Below are positions 35,045 through 45,452 of a stretch of 64,000 nt of DNA, in pieces. Position 1 is the stretch's first letter. Every line of letters starts with the position of its first letter. Below the pieces are notes generated by a model. It saw only the letters and a list, made by a program, of their open reading frames with translations. It did no database searches and was not told the origin of the DNA. Origin of the DNA: Sporopachydermia quercuum (lineage: Eukaryota). Position numbers and translations under genes: made by a program. The DNA lies in the NCBI GenBank assembly GCA_001599295.1, contig BCGN01000002.1, positions 1,550,001 to 1,614,000 on the forward strand, written 5' to 3'.

Positions 35045-36148
35045 TTACATAGGGAGAGAAGGAAGCAAAATGCTAGTTCTACCCATCTCTTTTTCATCAA
35101 CAGAAATGTAAGAGTTTCGTTCATTTGATTCTTCCAAGTTCAGCTCGGAAAACTTAATCAAAGAAGCAATTGAAGCTTTATTGTTCAACTTTGGTTCTGT
35201 TAAGGTTGCAGTAGATTGAGATGTAGCCATAGATCCTAATGTGTGTTGTGAAGCAGAAGATGAAATATGATATGCATAGTTGGGTTGTCTGTGGGGAGTG
35301 CTGGTAAATACTAACTCCGAAGTATCCACACAAGTTGAATCGGGAATTATTTTGTAACCACTATTATCGTAAGAACCATGTTTGGGTATAGAATGTAGTT
35401 CACTAGTTAAACTTGCTATGCTTGCTGAGCTTGTGTGATAGTGACTTGGAGAGTCAGCTTCCATACTGAAGTAATGACTTTCAATAGACGTTGAATCAGT
35501 GGATGAGGTCACATTTGACGAAGCTGTAACAGTTGATTTCACTGATGTAATGGAAGAAATAGAGTCCATGAATTTTTTGGATTTTTTACTAGAAGATGAT
35601 CCAGAGTTACCAGAACTCAAATGGTATGATATTGTTGAACCCGCAGTGGTAGTGGGGGTGATAGATGTGTAATTTCCAGAATTACAAGCAGATTGCATTG
35701 CAAGCTGATGTTGATGTTGTTGTAGTAAAGAAACAGATCTTTGTCTGCTATGTGAAGGGCTAGATTTTAATGATGATGATGATGACGATGGTGTTAATGA
35801 CATAGGTTTGCTTGGTAACTGTGAGTTATATTTCCCAAAGTTATTATTCTCTAAAGTTGGGATATTATGATATTGGTCCATTCCAGAATCCATGTGAGAA
35901 ACATGAACAAAATTAGTTGGATTAGAAATTTGATACTTAGGAGTTGAGGTCGATTTAGAGCGAGATTTTGATTTTGTTCTTGGAGGAGAGTTTGATGAAT
36001 TGGGTGAAGAGGTCTTTAGTGCAGATGAAATGCGTGATAGTTTATTAGATAAATTCCTCGTTGGAGCATTTGCTCTAGTAGAGGTAGTTTGCTCAAAAGG
36101 AATATCCTCGTCTAGCCAGCTAGCAGATATAATACCTCGTTCAGTCAT
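35045..36148 (-). CDS. Ser-rich CRIB/PBD-motif protein without a kinase domain (Gic1/Gic2-like Cdc42 effector)
   Basis: ISNPTNFVHVSH matches the CRIB consensus and is preceded by a basic patch. 367-codon ORF lying next to VMA22 and SRB7, as GIC1/GIC2 do. Confidence 0.75.
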   Translation of the reverse strand: MTERGIISASWLDEDIPFEQTTSTRANAPTRNLSNKLSRISSALKTSSPNSSNSPPRTKSKSRSKSTSTPKYQISNPTNFVHVSHMDSGMDQYHNIPTLENNNFGKYNSQLPSKPMSLTPSSSSSSLKSSPSHSRQRSVSLLQQHQHQLAMQSACNSGNYTSITPTTTAGSTISYHLSSGNSGSSSSKKSKKFMDSISSITSVKSTVTASSNVTSSTDSTSIESHYFSMEADSPSHYHTSSASIASLTSELHSIPKHGSYDNSGYKIIPDSTCVDTSELVFTSTPHRQPNYAYHISSSASQHTLGSMATSQSTATLTEPKLNNKASIASLIKFSELNLEESNERNSYISVDEKEMGRTSILLPSLPM

Positions 36149-38350
36149 CACGTTCAGTAGTCAAATTCTCTTATATATATTCAATGTGCTTATTCACAAT
36201 GATTGAATCTCCTCAATTGAACCTCTGGTCTTTGGTGATTTGCCTGTGATTCGTTCACAGCTAATAGAACGGAANAGCTTGTTAACAACGTTCAAATGCC
36301 AGAAAGAATGCTTTATGATTAGACTTATACTTTTCGACAAACAGATCAAATTCAGTCCATATGATGTAGTATTTTGTTGATGTTTGTTTATTGATCTCTC
36401 TATTACGTCTGAATATAATTCCGTCACAAGAGAATACTTAATCAGACTAACCAATACTTGTTCATTTAGCAATGATTCAGTATCAAAGAAGATAATAGAA
36501 GCATAAAAACTACAATTAAAAACAACAAAAAAGAATCTATCTGAATCAAATGAACANCAGGAGAATCCCTTTGTTTATATTCTTTTGGCTCTAATCATTG
36601 AACATAGAAACATTCATTTCCTATTAGATTCAATGAGGATAATTAGTTGGAATTATTCTAAGGGAATGAGTTTTCTTTACGTGAAGTAAATAAGTTTCAA
36701 AACAAAACTTTAATGTGGAACGCAACAGATTTATACCAAAAATGGAAAATACATGTGAACTTTATTTGATTTCTATGGGAGATTTTGAAACCACTTTGAA
36801 TTGAACTTTATTTCCATAAAGAAATGAAGAATACTACACCTACCTTTTACGTAAGCTTGAGACGGTTTTTGATGAGATAATCCGATCTGAAGGGTAAGCA
36901 TGAGGAGAGATCAAGTTGCATTGATTTTGTTCTAAATTAATGGGCTTTATTGTAGCCAATTGATGATTGATTGTTTCATGATTTAGAAAAGAAATGAAAT
37001 ATATGAACCAGTATTTCAGTTGAATAGTGGGTAAGAGGCTTTCAGAAGGAGGTATATATCATATCACTGTTGATGTGATCCGAACGTTCTTTGATTCCAT
37101 CGATTCATAAGATTTGACAGATTTTAATAATTATTCCNGTCTTTGAACAATATCGTCTCTTTCCCTATTGACAATATCGTTGATTTCTTTCTATCTCCTG
37201 CATTGCGATTACTTGAGAAAGTATAAGGACTCGATGGCTCGCTTACAAAACAGGCTAATCCAATGGAATTTTCAGGTCTTACATCCTCCATCGATGTTAT
37301 AGTCTCATGGAATCCTATTATTCCACTTACGATTGAGTTGACTCCCAAAGGTTCATTCACTCTTCGTTGAGAATAATAATTATATTACTTATTATGGTAG
37401 GTCAATTCACCTTTTGGTACTATTCCGTTAAGTGAGATTGGAATTTTCTCAATAAATTGAATAAAAGTAAACAAACATTCTAACTCTGTTTTGAGACGCG
37501 CACAGGGATTATTGCATTCAATTGCAGCAAGATGCAGGAACTTTCCCTTTATTTTTAAGTCAACCTGTCTTAAGATTAACAAGTACTGAAAAAGTATGAA
37601 AAATAAATAAATCTTATACAAAACTGGAATTCTTCTTCAACGCGATAGCTTCAACTGTATTTCTACTTCTGGTAATAAACCTCTATGTACCATATCTCTT
37701 CTTCAATTGATAGATAGAGACAGAGGATCCAAGAAACAGACTGTAGTTGATCAGACGACTTAGCTCTCATGTCTCCTATTTTGTTTAAATCGTTCTTTAG
37801 TAGATGGAACTTCTTTGCTCTTAAAAACTATTAGCCTCAATTTTTTGTAACAGGTGATTTGAAATGAGAACCAGTTCTAATTATTGATCTGACTTTTCTT
37901 GAATCTTCAATTGGTTCATTATTTCTACTATTAATAATTTAGTCATGTATTTTGTTCACATCTGAAGGAACGCCAGTTTTATAATCTGTCTAAGCTATAC
38001 TTGTAAACTCAACGCTATATCAATAAATTTTATTACATCTATTCCAACCTTTTGCATCTCAAAGTCATATCGTAGCCATATTATGCTCAACTATTTTTCC
38101 TAACAGTGAAAACTGTCACCTTCTAGAATCAGTTGATTCATTACCTCATTTATCATCACGTCTCGTCTCACAACTAAAACATTTGAAATTCCAGTTAAGT
38201 TTTAAACTCGGAAATTAAGTTCTGAATTTGTACTAAAAGAGAAGTACCTTTAGAAGATAGAACGAGGAAACGCGAATTATTTGAAGCTTTTCAAAGTCCC
38301 AATTCAACTGTCAAATTCAATTCTCACATCTGGATATTCAATTTAACGAA

Positions 38351-41300
38351 CTAAGTAATTGTTTTCAACAGGGATAATAATTCTTTAAGTAATGATTGTT
38401 TCTCCGCGTCCTGTAAGATGATTGACTTTGTTTCGATTTCAGATGTTAGCTTAGCTAATATTTTGCAAACGCGGTCAACTTCTACTTCTTTATCGATATC
38501 ATTGTCGAGAAGTTCAGGGGGTGGTGCTTTCAAACTTATACCTGGTTTTCTTTTGCTTAATTGTCTTCTCACTAGTTTCGTAGGAGGACTCGCCGGGGAT
38601 GTAGTAGTATAGTTTGTAGCTGTTGGCGATGGTGATCTTAATGGTGATCTATGTGGTGATCTTGGAGGTGATCTTGGAGGTGATCTGGATGGTGAATTAG
38701 AACGTGAAGGTGAACTTGTTCCAGATTGGGTTGGTGATTTATTGTATTTTGGACTGGCAGATGGTGATCTTCTGCCAGGTGAGCCCATTCTTGGTCTCAG
38801 TTCAGGTTTCTCGCCCATTGCATCAATAACTTCACTGCTAGTAAGAATCTTCCTCGCTGGTCGAATAGTTGTTTTTGGTAAAGATGAAGTAGGTGTAGAA
38901 CAGCCGCTGTTAAATCCACTACTCTTTCTCGTGCTAGTATTATTATTACCCACAGTAGGGCTATTATTTTGACTATTGGTTTCATAATCGTGAACACCAT
39001 TGTCTTCTTTTTCGTTTTCAAATGTCCATCGAAAGATACAACCATCAGTACTGGTGCTGACAAAGGAAATATTATTTGATCCACTTATTTCTTCAGTATC
39101 ATTCTTAATGGGAAGAAATCCAGTAATTGATGCACTATGTCCATAACAACATGCAAGTAAACTTCCAGTTGTCATTTCATAAGCTCTGATAGCTTTATCA
39201 GATCCAACTCCAAATAGTATATTCTGGTTGAAACCTTTGCCAGATTTGAATGTCGACATCTGTACGAAGCCTAGATTTACTAATTCTAATGATGATGATC
39301 CTGGTGACAAGTTGCCACTGCTAGCAGAATTCATACTTACATTACCTCCAACTGCACCAGGGTTATCTTTCAGTACTCTAAACATATTCTTTTGTTCACC
39401 AGTATTAACATCATGGACAAAAACTTGTTTGTCCAAAGTTGGAACGATCAATTCCATAGTTTCCTCATTAACGAATATGTCTAAAGGTGCTGACTTGAAG
39501 GTCAGTGTTCTAGTTAGTAGAAATGCAACATTTGGCTTGTCAGGATTCTTTTCATCTTTAGGAAGATCAACCAATTTGTAGATGAAAATGTTTCTATCTG
39601 ATGAACCTGTGATGAGCAATCTCTCTTTATGAATATATCGAATTATTAAAACTGATGCTTTGTTATCTGCAAGTGTTTGAATCAGTTCCCATCCAGATGA
39701 TGACGATGGGATGCCATTGGTATTAGATTTTTCATCATTGCTAGTCCAATTAAGTAAAACTTGAACTGTACGATCTCTTGACGCCGAAACCATTAAATAT
39801 GTCTTTATTTGGGTATTATTTTCTTTGTTTCTATTTCGCTTATATTTTGTATCTGTCTCATCCTTAACATCATTTTCTTCATGGCGTCTAGGATGTTCCT
39901 TATCGCCTGTCTCATTATTATTATCATTAGCTTCTGTGTCCATTGGATCTTCTCCATCACTACTGTTGGTATCTTTATTTCTATTGCTATCGTCCTTTTC
40001 AGAAGCTTTTGAGGCATTCTTTGAGCATAACTCAATGATGATTACATCGTTTACTTGTGAAGAGTGTGCTTTTATACGGACTATGTTGAATAGGTCCTTT
40101 TCGTGATCCTGATCTTTTTCAGAATATTCCTCTTTTAGTAATTTTGATGGAAACACCTGTAGTAAACCAAACCTATCACCAGCAACAGAGAATTTATCAC
40201 CAATCTTCAAACAACAAACCATATTTTCTAACATATCATCTTCTTGGTCACTTAATGGAATCTTAAAAGCAGATTTTGCTTGCTGGAAACTATTGTCCCA
40301 TAGTTTTGTTTCTCCATTACCGGACCATGACAAGAAGCTGTCTTGGTTCTCAGTATTCAAAATTTGTTGTATTCCACGAATTGCTGCTTCGTGACCAGAA
40401 GTTATAGTTTCTGTTTCGAAAGTTTTAGTATCTACCAATTCAATCTCCCGTTTGTTGCTTAGCACGCAAACTTTGCCTGGAGAATAAAGAAATCCACCAA
40501 CATATCCACTTTTGAAACTAACAGCTGATCCGGGGTTATTTGCTAATCCTGGTTGTAGTTTCAACTTTGACGATGCGTCAGGTTCATTCTCCTTCTCAAG
40601 GGGGTTATAATTCTCATTAGATGCTTTTGGATCCAGTTTCTCTTGTGAGTTGCTGATGCAATAGTTGTCNTTACTAATGACCAAGCTGAGATTTATTGTT
40701 TCGATCCAGTTTTCATTATTTTTTTCTCCTATCAGAAAAAATGAATCGTTATCATAGTCACATACCACATCTCTAATTGTCATGTTTATTTTTGTTTTGA
40801 GTTGCAATTTAGGGGCGTTGCCATCTTCACTTAATAAGAATACTTCACCAGAATCCGCACATATCACGATTGTATCTTCAGGCTCGATATAACAACAACA
40901 AACAAAGTTCAAACCGCCATACTTATTGCCTAGTAGTACATTACGTCCTCCTAATACAGATACTTTAGCTCTTGTATCACTTTCCGGGCATTTCCATTCT
41001 TTCACGTGTCTTAATCCTACTGATAAAATTGACTGGCCAAACGAATAGAGCCCTTGAATTGGTACAGTACACTTATTACTTGCAATAAGAGTAGCACTAG
41101 GATTTAAGCCAAGTCGTAGATTCCAAACATGAATGAAACCATCATTGGGAAAGCCTAATGATACTAATTTGTTGCCAGATGCTGTAAATGCCAACTGAGC
41201 AATACCAAATGAGTGCTGCTGTATTATAATCAAAGGGCTGTTACTATGTGTAGTAGCAGTTGAATAGATAAGAATTCGCGGTTTGTGACCTGATTCCCCA

Positions 41301-41665
41301 ACTGCTAACATTCGTCCAGATGGTGATAGGGCTAATGTTGAGATAACTTTTACTCTTTCTTTCACTGGAGACCTTTGAGGCTCCGATGCGCCATTTTTAA
41401 TATCTCCATCATTAACTGTAGTAAAATAAAATGATTGCTCACCATCTTTATCGACAACGACTCCTGCCCCTGCCGTATAAGCCAGAATACCATTGGAATT
41501 GCCAGAAAATTCAAGTTTATTAGCCGATGTTAAGCCTATTATTTGAGAGGCCTTTAATGCTGGTTGCAAATCTGATAGTCCAGCTATCTTAGGTGAGATC
41601 TGTAGGCCATTCTTGCTAGCAAGCTCTGGTGGTATAAATTTCCTGGTAGTAGGAGTAAATGCCAT
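38351..41665 (-). CDS. Large WD40-repeat protein, MABP1/WDR62-like
   Basis: AYTAGAGVVV, LALSPSGRMLAVGESGHKPRILIY, HSFGIAQLAF..LVSLG..NDGFIHVW, ASNKCT, GRNVLLG, SASRDRTVQV, SSDRNI, STDGCIFRW; disordered SP-rich tail. Confidence 0.8.
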   Translation of the reverse strand: MAFTPTTRKFIPPELASKNGLQISPKIAGLSDLQPALKASQIIGLTSANKLEFSGNSNGILAYTAGAGVVVDKDGEQSFYFTTVNDGDIKNGASEPQRSPVKERVKVISTLALSPSGRMLAVGESGHKPRILIYSTATTHSNSPLIIIQQHSFGIAQLAFTASGNKLVSLGFPNDGFIHVWNLRLGLNPSATLIASNKCTVPIQGLYSFGQSILSVGLRHVKEWKCPESDTRAKVSVLGGRNVLLGNKYGGLNFVCCCYIEPEDTIVICADSGEVFLLSEDGNAPKLQLKTKINMTIRDVVCDYDNDSFFLIGEKNNENWIETINLSLVISXDNYCISNSQEKLDPKASNENYNPLEKENEPDASSKLKLQPGLANNPGSAVSFKSGYVGGFLYSPGKVCVLSNKREIELVDTKTFETETITSGHEAAIRGIQQILNTENQDSFLSWSGNGETKLWDNSFQQAKSAFKIPLSDQEDDMLENMVCCLKIGDKFSVAGDRFGLLQVFPSKLLKEEYSEKDQDHEKDLFNIVRIKAHSSQVNDVIIIELCSKNASKASEKDDSNRNKDTNSSDGEDPMDTEANDNNNETGDKEHPRRHEENDVKDETDTKYKRNRNKENNTQIKTYLMVSASRDRTVQVLLNWTSNDEKSNTNGIPSSSSGWELIQTLADNKASVLIIRYIHKERLLITGSSDRNIFIYKLVDLPKDEKNPDKPNVAFLLTRTLTFKSAPLDIFVNEETMELIVPTLDKQVFVHDVNTGEQKNMFRVLKDNPGAVGGNVSMNSASSGNLSPGSSSLELVNLGFVQMSTFKSGKGFNQNILFGVGSDKAIRAYEMTTGSLLACCYGHSASITGFLPIKNDTEEISGSNNISFVSTSTDGCIFRWTFENEKEDNGVHDYETNSQNNSPTVGNNNTSTRKSSGFNSGCSTPTSSLPKTTIRPARKILTSSEVIDAMGEKPELRPRMGSPGRRSPSASPKYNKSPTQSGTSSPSRSNSPSRSPPRSPPRSPHRSPLRSPSPTATNYTTTSPASPPTKLVRRQLSKRKPGISLKAPPPELLDNDIDKEVEVDRVCKILAKLTSEIETKSIILQDAEKQSLLKELLSLLKTIT
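38631..38695 (-). repeat. 12-bp coding tandem repeat (ggtgatctnnnn, about 5 copies) encoding RSPP/RSPH/RSPL
   Basis: Units start at 38631, 38643, 38655, 38667 and 38679, with a partial unit at 38691. Confidence 0.9.
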
Positions 41666-42653
41666 AGTAATAACCACACGATCCTCTTTCCGATACTATT
41701 GATCAATCCAAGTCAAACACAACTACAACTCCATCTAATTAAAGTCTTTTCTTCTTACTCCTTTCCTTTATATTCAATAACCCAATGCAATTGAATTCTC
41801 ACGCCAAAGAGTCAAGAGACTCCAAGAGATTTAATCATCAGCTTTTACAAAAACCACATCTTAGCCAAAGAAGTAACCAAGTTTGATTCTCCATTTGATT
41901 ATTGTAATGCTTGCCAAATCAGAAGATGTAGAATCAAAAAAAAACTTAAAGTTCAGAAGCTTATGGATTATTTGGGTAAAAAGAAAACTTTGTATTGAAG
42001 TCTGATTCTTAATAAGGAAAATGGGTGATTCAATTGTATGATTCTTTAATAACAGTGCTAATGGAAACATTAAGTAGAAAGTGTCGAAGAGACTCGAGAA
42101 AGTAAATTGTTATGCTATTTCTAATACTGGGTTATGGCTGAAGCAAGCTTTAGGGGATTAAATGCATCGATGGTTTTCTATCGTCTCATCGATGGAATGT
42201 TGATTTCACATCGATTTGAAGTTCCAAAGGTTCGAAAACAGAATAAAGTTAAACTTTATTTATAGTTTCCAGTTTAATCTCTGAACTTAATGTTAAAGTT
42301 AAAGACCAATATAAACAAAAGCTAACGAACGACTGTTAATGTCCGGTAAGATAGGGCACTCCGCAATGCAAGTTTCATGCCATTTTTGCATATCATGCAG
42401 AGTAATAAAGGAAAACAGAATTTCTCGTGCATTGTTAGAAGATGAAATTCATTATCATATGTTCTTCATATCGCTTATATCAAAATACTCGTTTCGATAG
42501 AACGAAATAGGACCTAAAAGATGACTGATCAAAAGAAAAAAACAGGTTCGCTCAATCGTACTATTAGGAAGCAAAATAACATAAAATTGAAAGAATATAA
42601 AATTTTAGTCATGATCATTATATTAATTAACTAACAACCTTCCACTTCAATCT

Positions 42654-45452
42654 CTACAAAGGTAAATATCTATTGTCATTTTTGCTACTTCCAACCAGCT
42701 TGCCTAAAATACTTTTGACCCATTTAAATCTAGATGACTTTGATTTATCGATTCTGATTGGGCTACCAATATCAGGATATTTCCAACGTTTTAAAAGTAA
42801 ACTAGAAACAACGACAGATACCGAACTTAGAGCCATAGCTGCTCCTGCAACCACAGGATGTAATACAATTCCAAAAGGAAGTAGTATACCCATAGCGATT
42901 GGTAACATGATAGCATTGTAACCCAATGCCCAACCATAATTAGCCTTGATTTTGTCGAATGTTGCAACAGATAAATCTAATGCTGCTACTACACCATATA
43001 TGTCAGTTCTCAGCAAGATCATATCAGCAGTTGCTATTGCAACATCTGTTCCTGAGCCTACTGCAATACCAATATCAGCAGCTGCCAATGCAGGCGTATC
43101 ATTTACGCCATCACCAACAAATGCAACAACTTCTCCTTCAGCCTGTAAATCAGTCACCAAGGACACTTTATCTGCAGGTTTCATTTGAGAGTGAATTTCA
43201 CTCTTCTCTAAACCAACAAAACCACCAATCATCTCTGCAGTTTGTGCACCGTCTCCTGAAACCATTTCAGTCTTAATACCTGCTTTCTGTAATGCAGAAA
43301 TAGTTGCTTCAGCTTCAGGTTTCACTTCATCATACAAGGAAATTGTTCCCTTAAATTCTCTATCAACTGATACATATACAATAACTTTTCCCGATGGGTT
43401 ATCAACCACTTTCCAGCCCTGAACGTTATTCTCTGTCATTAGATCAGGATTTCCAATCAATACATATCTATTATCAACCTTTCCTCCTAACCCAAACCCA
43501 GGTTGATATAAAAAGTTTTCAACAGAACCAGAAAAGCGATCAGTTAAAGGCTGCATTCCCAATTTATCTTTAGCATAATCACACAACGCAGCACCAATAG
43601 GGTGTTCCGATTGTTCCTCTAATATTCCGATTAATCTCCAGTCTTCCTTCCCGAATGAACCTTCGACGTCCTCAACATTTAGTTTTCCCTTCGTTAAAGT
43701 ACCTGTTTTATCAAACAGTACAACCGTCACCTTAGTAGCTTGTTCTAAAACAGCACCGCCTTTGATTAAAAGACCATTAGAAGCTCCAATTCCTGTGCCA
43801 ACCATAACAGCAGTAGGGGTCGCCAATCCCAAAGCACAAGGACAAGCAACAACAATAACCGAAATACAGAGTTGTAAACAAACAAAGAATTTACCCTCTT
43901 TAGCGTTGAATAATGCTGGTGGACTTTTCAATAAATGCGAAAGAACCATCCATACGACAAATGTCAATATACCCAAAGAAACAATTGCTGGAACAAAGAA
44001 TGATGTGATCTTATCGCCAAATCTTTGAATAGGAGCACGTGAAGTTTGAGCTTCTGATACAAGTTCAATAATCTTTGCTAACTCAGTATTAGACCCAGTT
44101 CTTGTTAGTTTAACATGCAGAAGGCCCAATCCATTGATAGATCCTCCAATAATTGGAGCGCCTATAGTTTTCATTACTGGTTTTGATTCACCTGTTAAAA
44201 GAGATTCATCCAAGTATGACGAGCCATATACAACTACTCCATCAGCCGGTGCTTTTGATCCAGGATATAAAATTGCGATATCTCCTACTTTTGCTAATTC
44301 AGACGCAATATGTAATATATCTCCTGACTCTAAATCCGGCTCCTGATTATCTCTTGATTCTGCAGCTAGTTCAGAACCTGGTGAAAAAGTATCAAGTACG
44401 CTTCTTTCAGCTTTCTCTGCAGCTTCTGGATTAGAAAATATATAGCACATCGAAGGAGTTAGCGAAATGAGCCTTGAAAGAGCGCTTGACGTTTGTCCCT
44501 TAGCTTTATTTTCGATGTACTTTCCAAAGGTTATAAATACAATCAGCATGACTGCAGCGTCAAATAACACTTTTGGTGGAATACTAGACTGAAGTATTAT
44601 AGATACCACCATTGAAAAAATTGAAAAAATTAAAGATACTCCTGTTGAAATCATGACCAGACAATCCATAGTCCAACTGCTATGACGGAAAGCTTTGATT
44701 GCTGACTTATAATAAGGACTGGCGACAGACCCCATAATATAGCATGTGAGTAATAATGATATAAGTTGATCAATAAATAAACCCGGAAATATAGGAGCAA
44801 ATATCATACATTTTTTACCCCATCCTGTTTCGTATAACCAATGGAAGGCAATAATGGGTATCCCTAATATGAATGATAAAATGAACATTCTACGGTAACG
44901 CCGTATTTCTTGAACTTTTGCTAAAACGTCTAATTGTGCCGATGAGTTTATTGTGTCTGCAAGTACAGCATCAAATCCTCTATCTTCAACAGTTTCTATT
45001 ACATCTCTCACACCTAATTTCCCGTTGTTGAATGTAACTCGAGCTTCAGACGTTGAAAGAGAAACAACGGCCGATTCAACACCATCAAGTTCTAACAAGC
45101 CTTCTTCTATACTTTGAGAACAGTTAGAACAAGTCATTCCATAAACTTTCAATACCGTCGATTCTAAAGAGCTTCCATTAGAAACTTTACTAGATCCATT
45201 TTCGTTCTTTGATTCATCACTGTCTGTTTGCTCTTCTGATGATACTATATCAGCATCAAATCCTGTGTCTTCAATAGCTTCTTTCAAATCTTCCGGCGCT
45301 AAGCTTTTATCGTGAATGATAGTTCCTTTTTCAGTTATTAAAGAAACAGCAACTGAATCAACACCAGAAAGACTTTCCACAGTATTCGTTATCGAAGCAA
45401 CACATGCTCCGCATGTCATACCACCAATAGATATCACTGTTTTTTGCTTCAT
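42654..45452 (-). CDS. CCC2: P1B-type Cu(I)-transporting ATPase
   Basis: Two metal-binding domains (GMTCGAC, GMTCSNC), TGES, CPC in TM6, DKTGT, SEHP, GDGVND, YN and MALSS motifs. Confidence 0.95.
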   Translation of the reverse strand: MKQKTVISIGGMTCGACVASITNTVESLSGVDSVAVSLITEKGTIIHDKSLAPEDLKEAIEDTGFDADIVSSEEQTDSDESKNENGSSKVSNGSSLESTVLKVYGMTCSNCSQSIEEGLLELDGVESAVVSLSTSEARVTFNNGKLGVRDVIETVEDRGFDAVLADTINSSAQLDVLAKVQEIRRYRRMFILSFILGIPIIAFHWLYETGWGKKCMIFAPIFPGLFIDQLISLLLTCYIMGSVASPYYKSAIKAFRHSSWTMDCLVMISTGVSLIFSIFSMVVSIILQSSIPPKVLFDAAVMLIVFITFGKYIENKAKGQTSSALSRLISLTPSMCYIFSNPEAAEKAERSVLDTFSPGSELAAESRDNQEPDLESGDILHIASELAKVGDIAILYPGSKAPADGVVVYGSSYLDESLLTGESKPVMKTIGAPIIGGSINGLGLLHVKLTRTGSNTELAKIIELVSEAQTSRAPIQRFGDKITSFFVPAIVSLGILTFVVWMVLSHLLKSPPALFNAKEGKFFVCLQLCISVIVVACPCALGLATPTAVMVGTGIGASNGLLIKGGAVLEQATKVTVVLFDKTGTLTKGKLNVEDVEGSFGKEDWRLIGILEEQSEHPIGAALCDYAKDKLGMQPLTDRFSGSVENFLYQPGFGLGGKVDNRYVLIGNPDLMTENNVQGWKVVDNPSGKVIVYVSVDREFKGTISLYDEVKPEAEATISALQKAGIKTEMVSGDGAQTAEMIGGFVGLEKSEIHSQMKPADKVSLVTDLQAEGEVVAFVGDGVNDTPALAAADIGIAVGSGTDVAIATADMILLRTDIYGVVAALDLSVATFDKIKANYGWALGYNAIMLPIAMGILLPFGIVLHPVVAGAAMALSSVSVVVSSLLLKRWKYPDIGSPIRIDKSKSSRFKWVKSILGKLVGSSKNDNRYLPL

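Noticed and set aside
37124..37680. Two minus-strand ORFs of 78 aa that might be exons
   Set aside because: I could not build a consistent spliced model with a start codon and good splice sites, and I recognise no homology.
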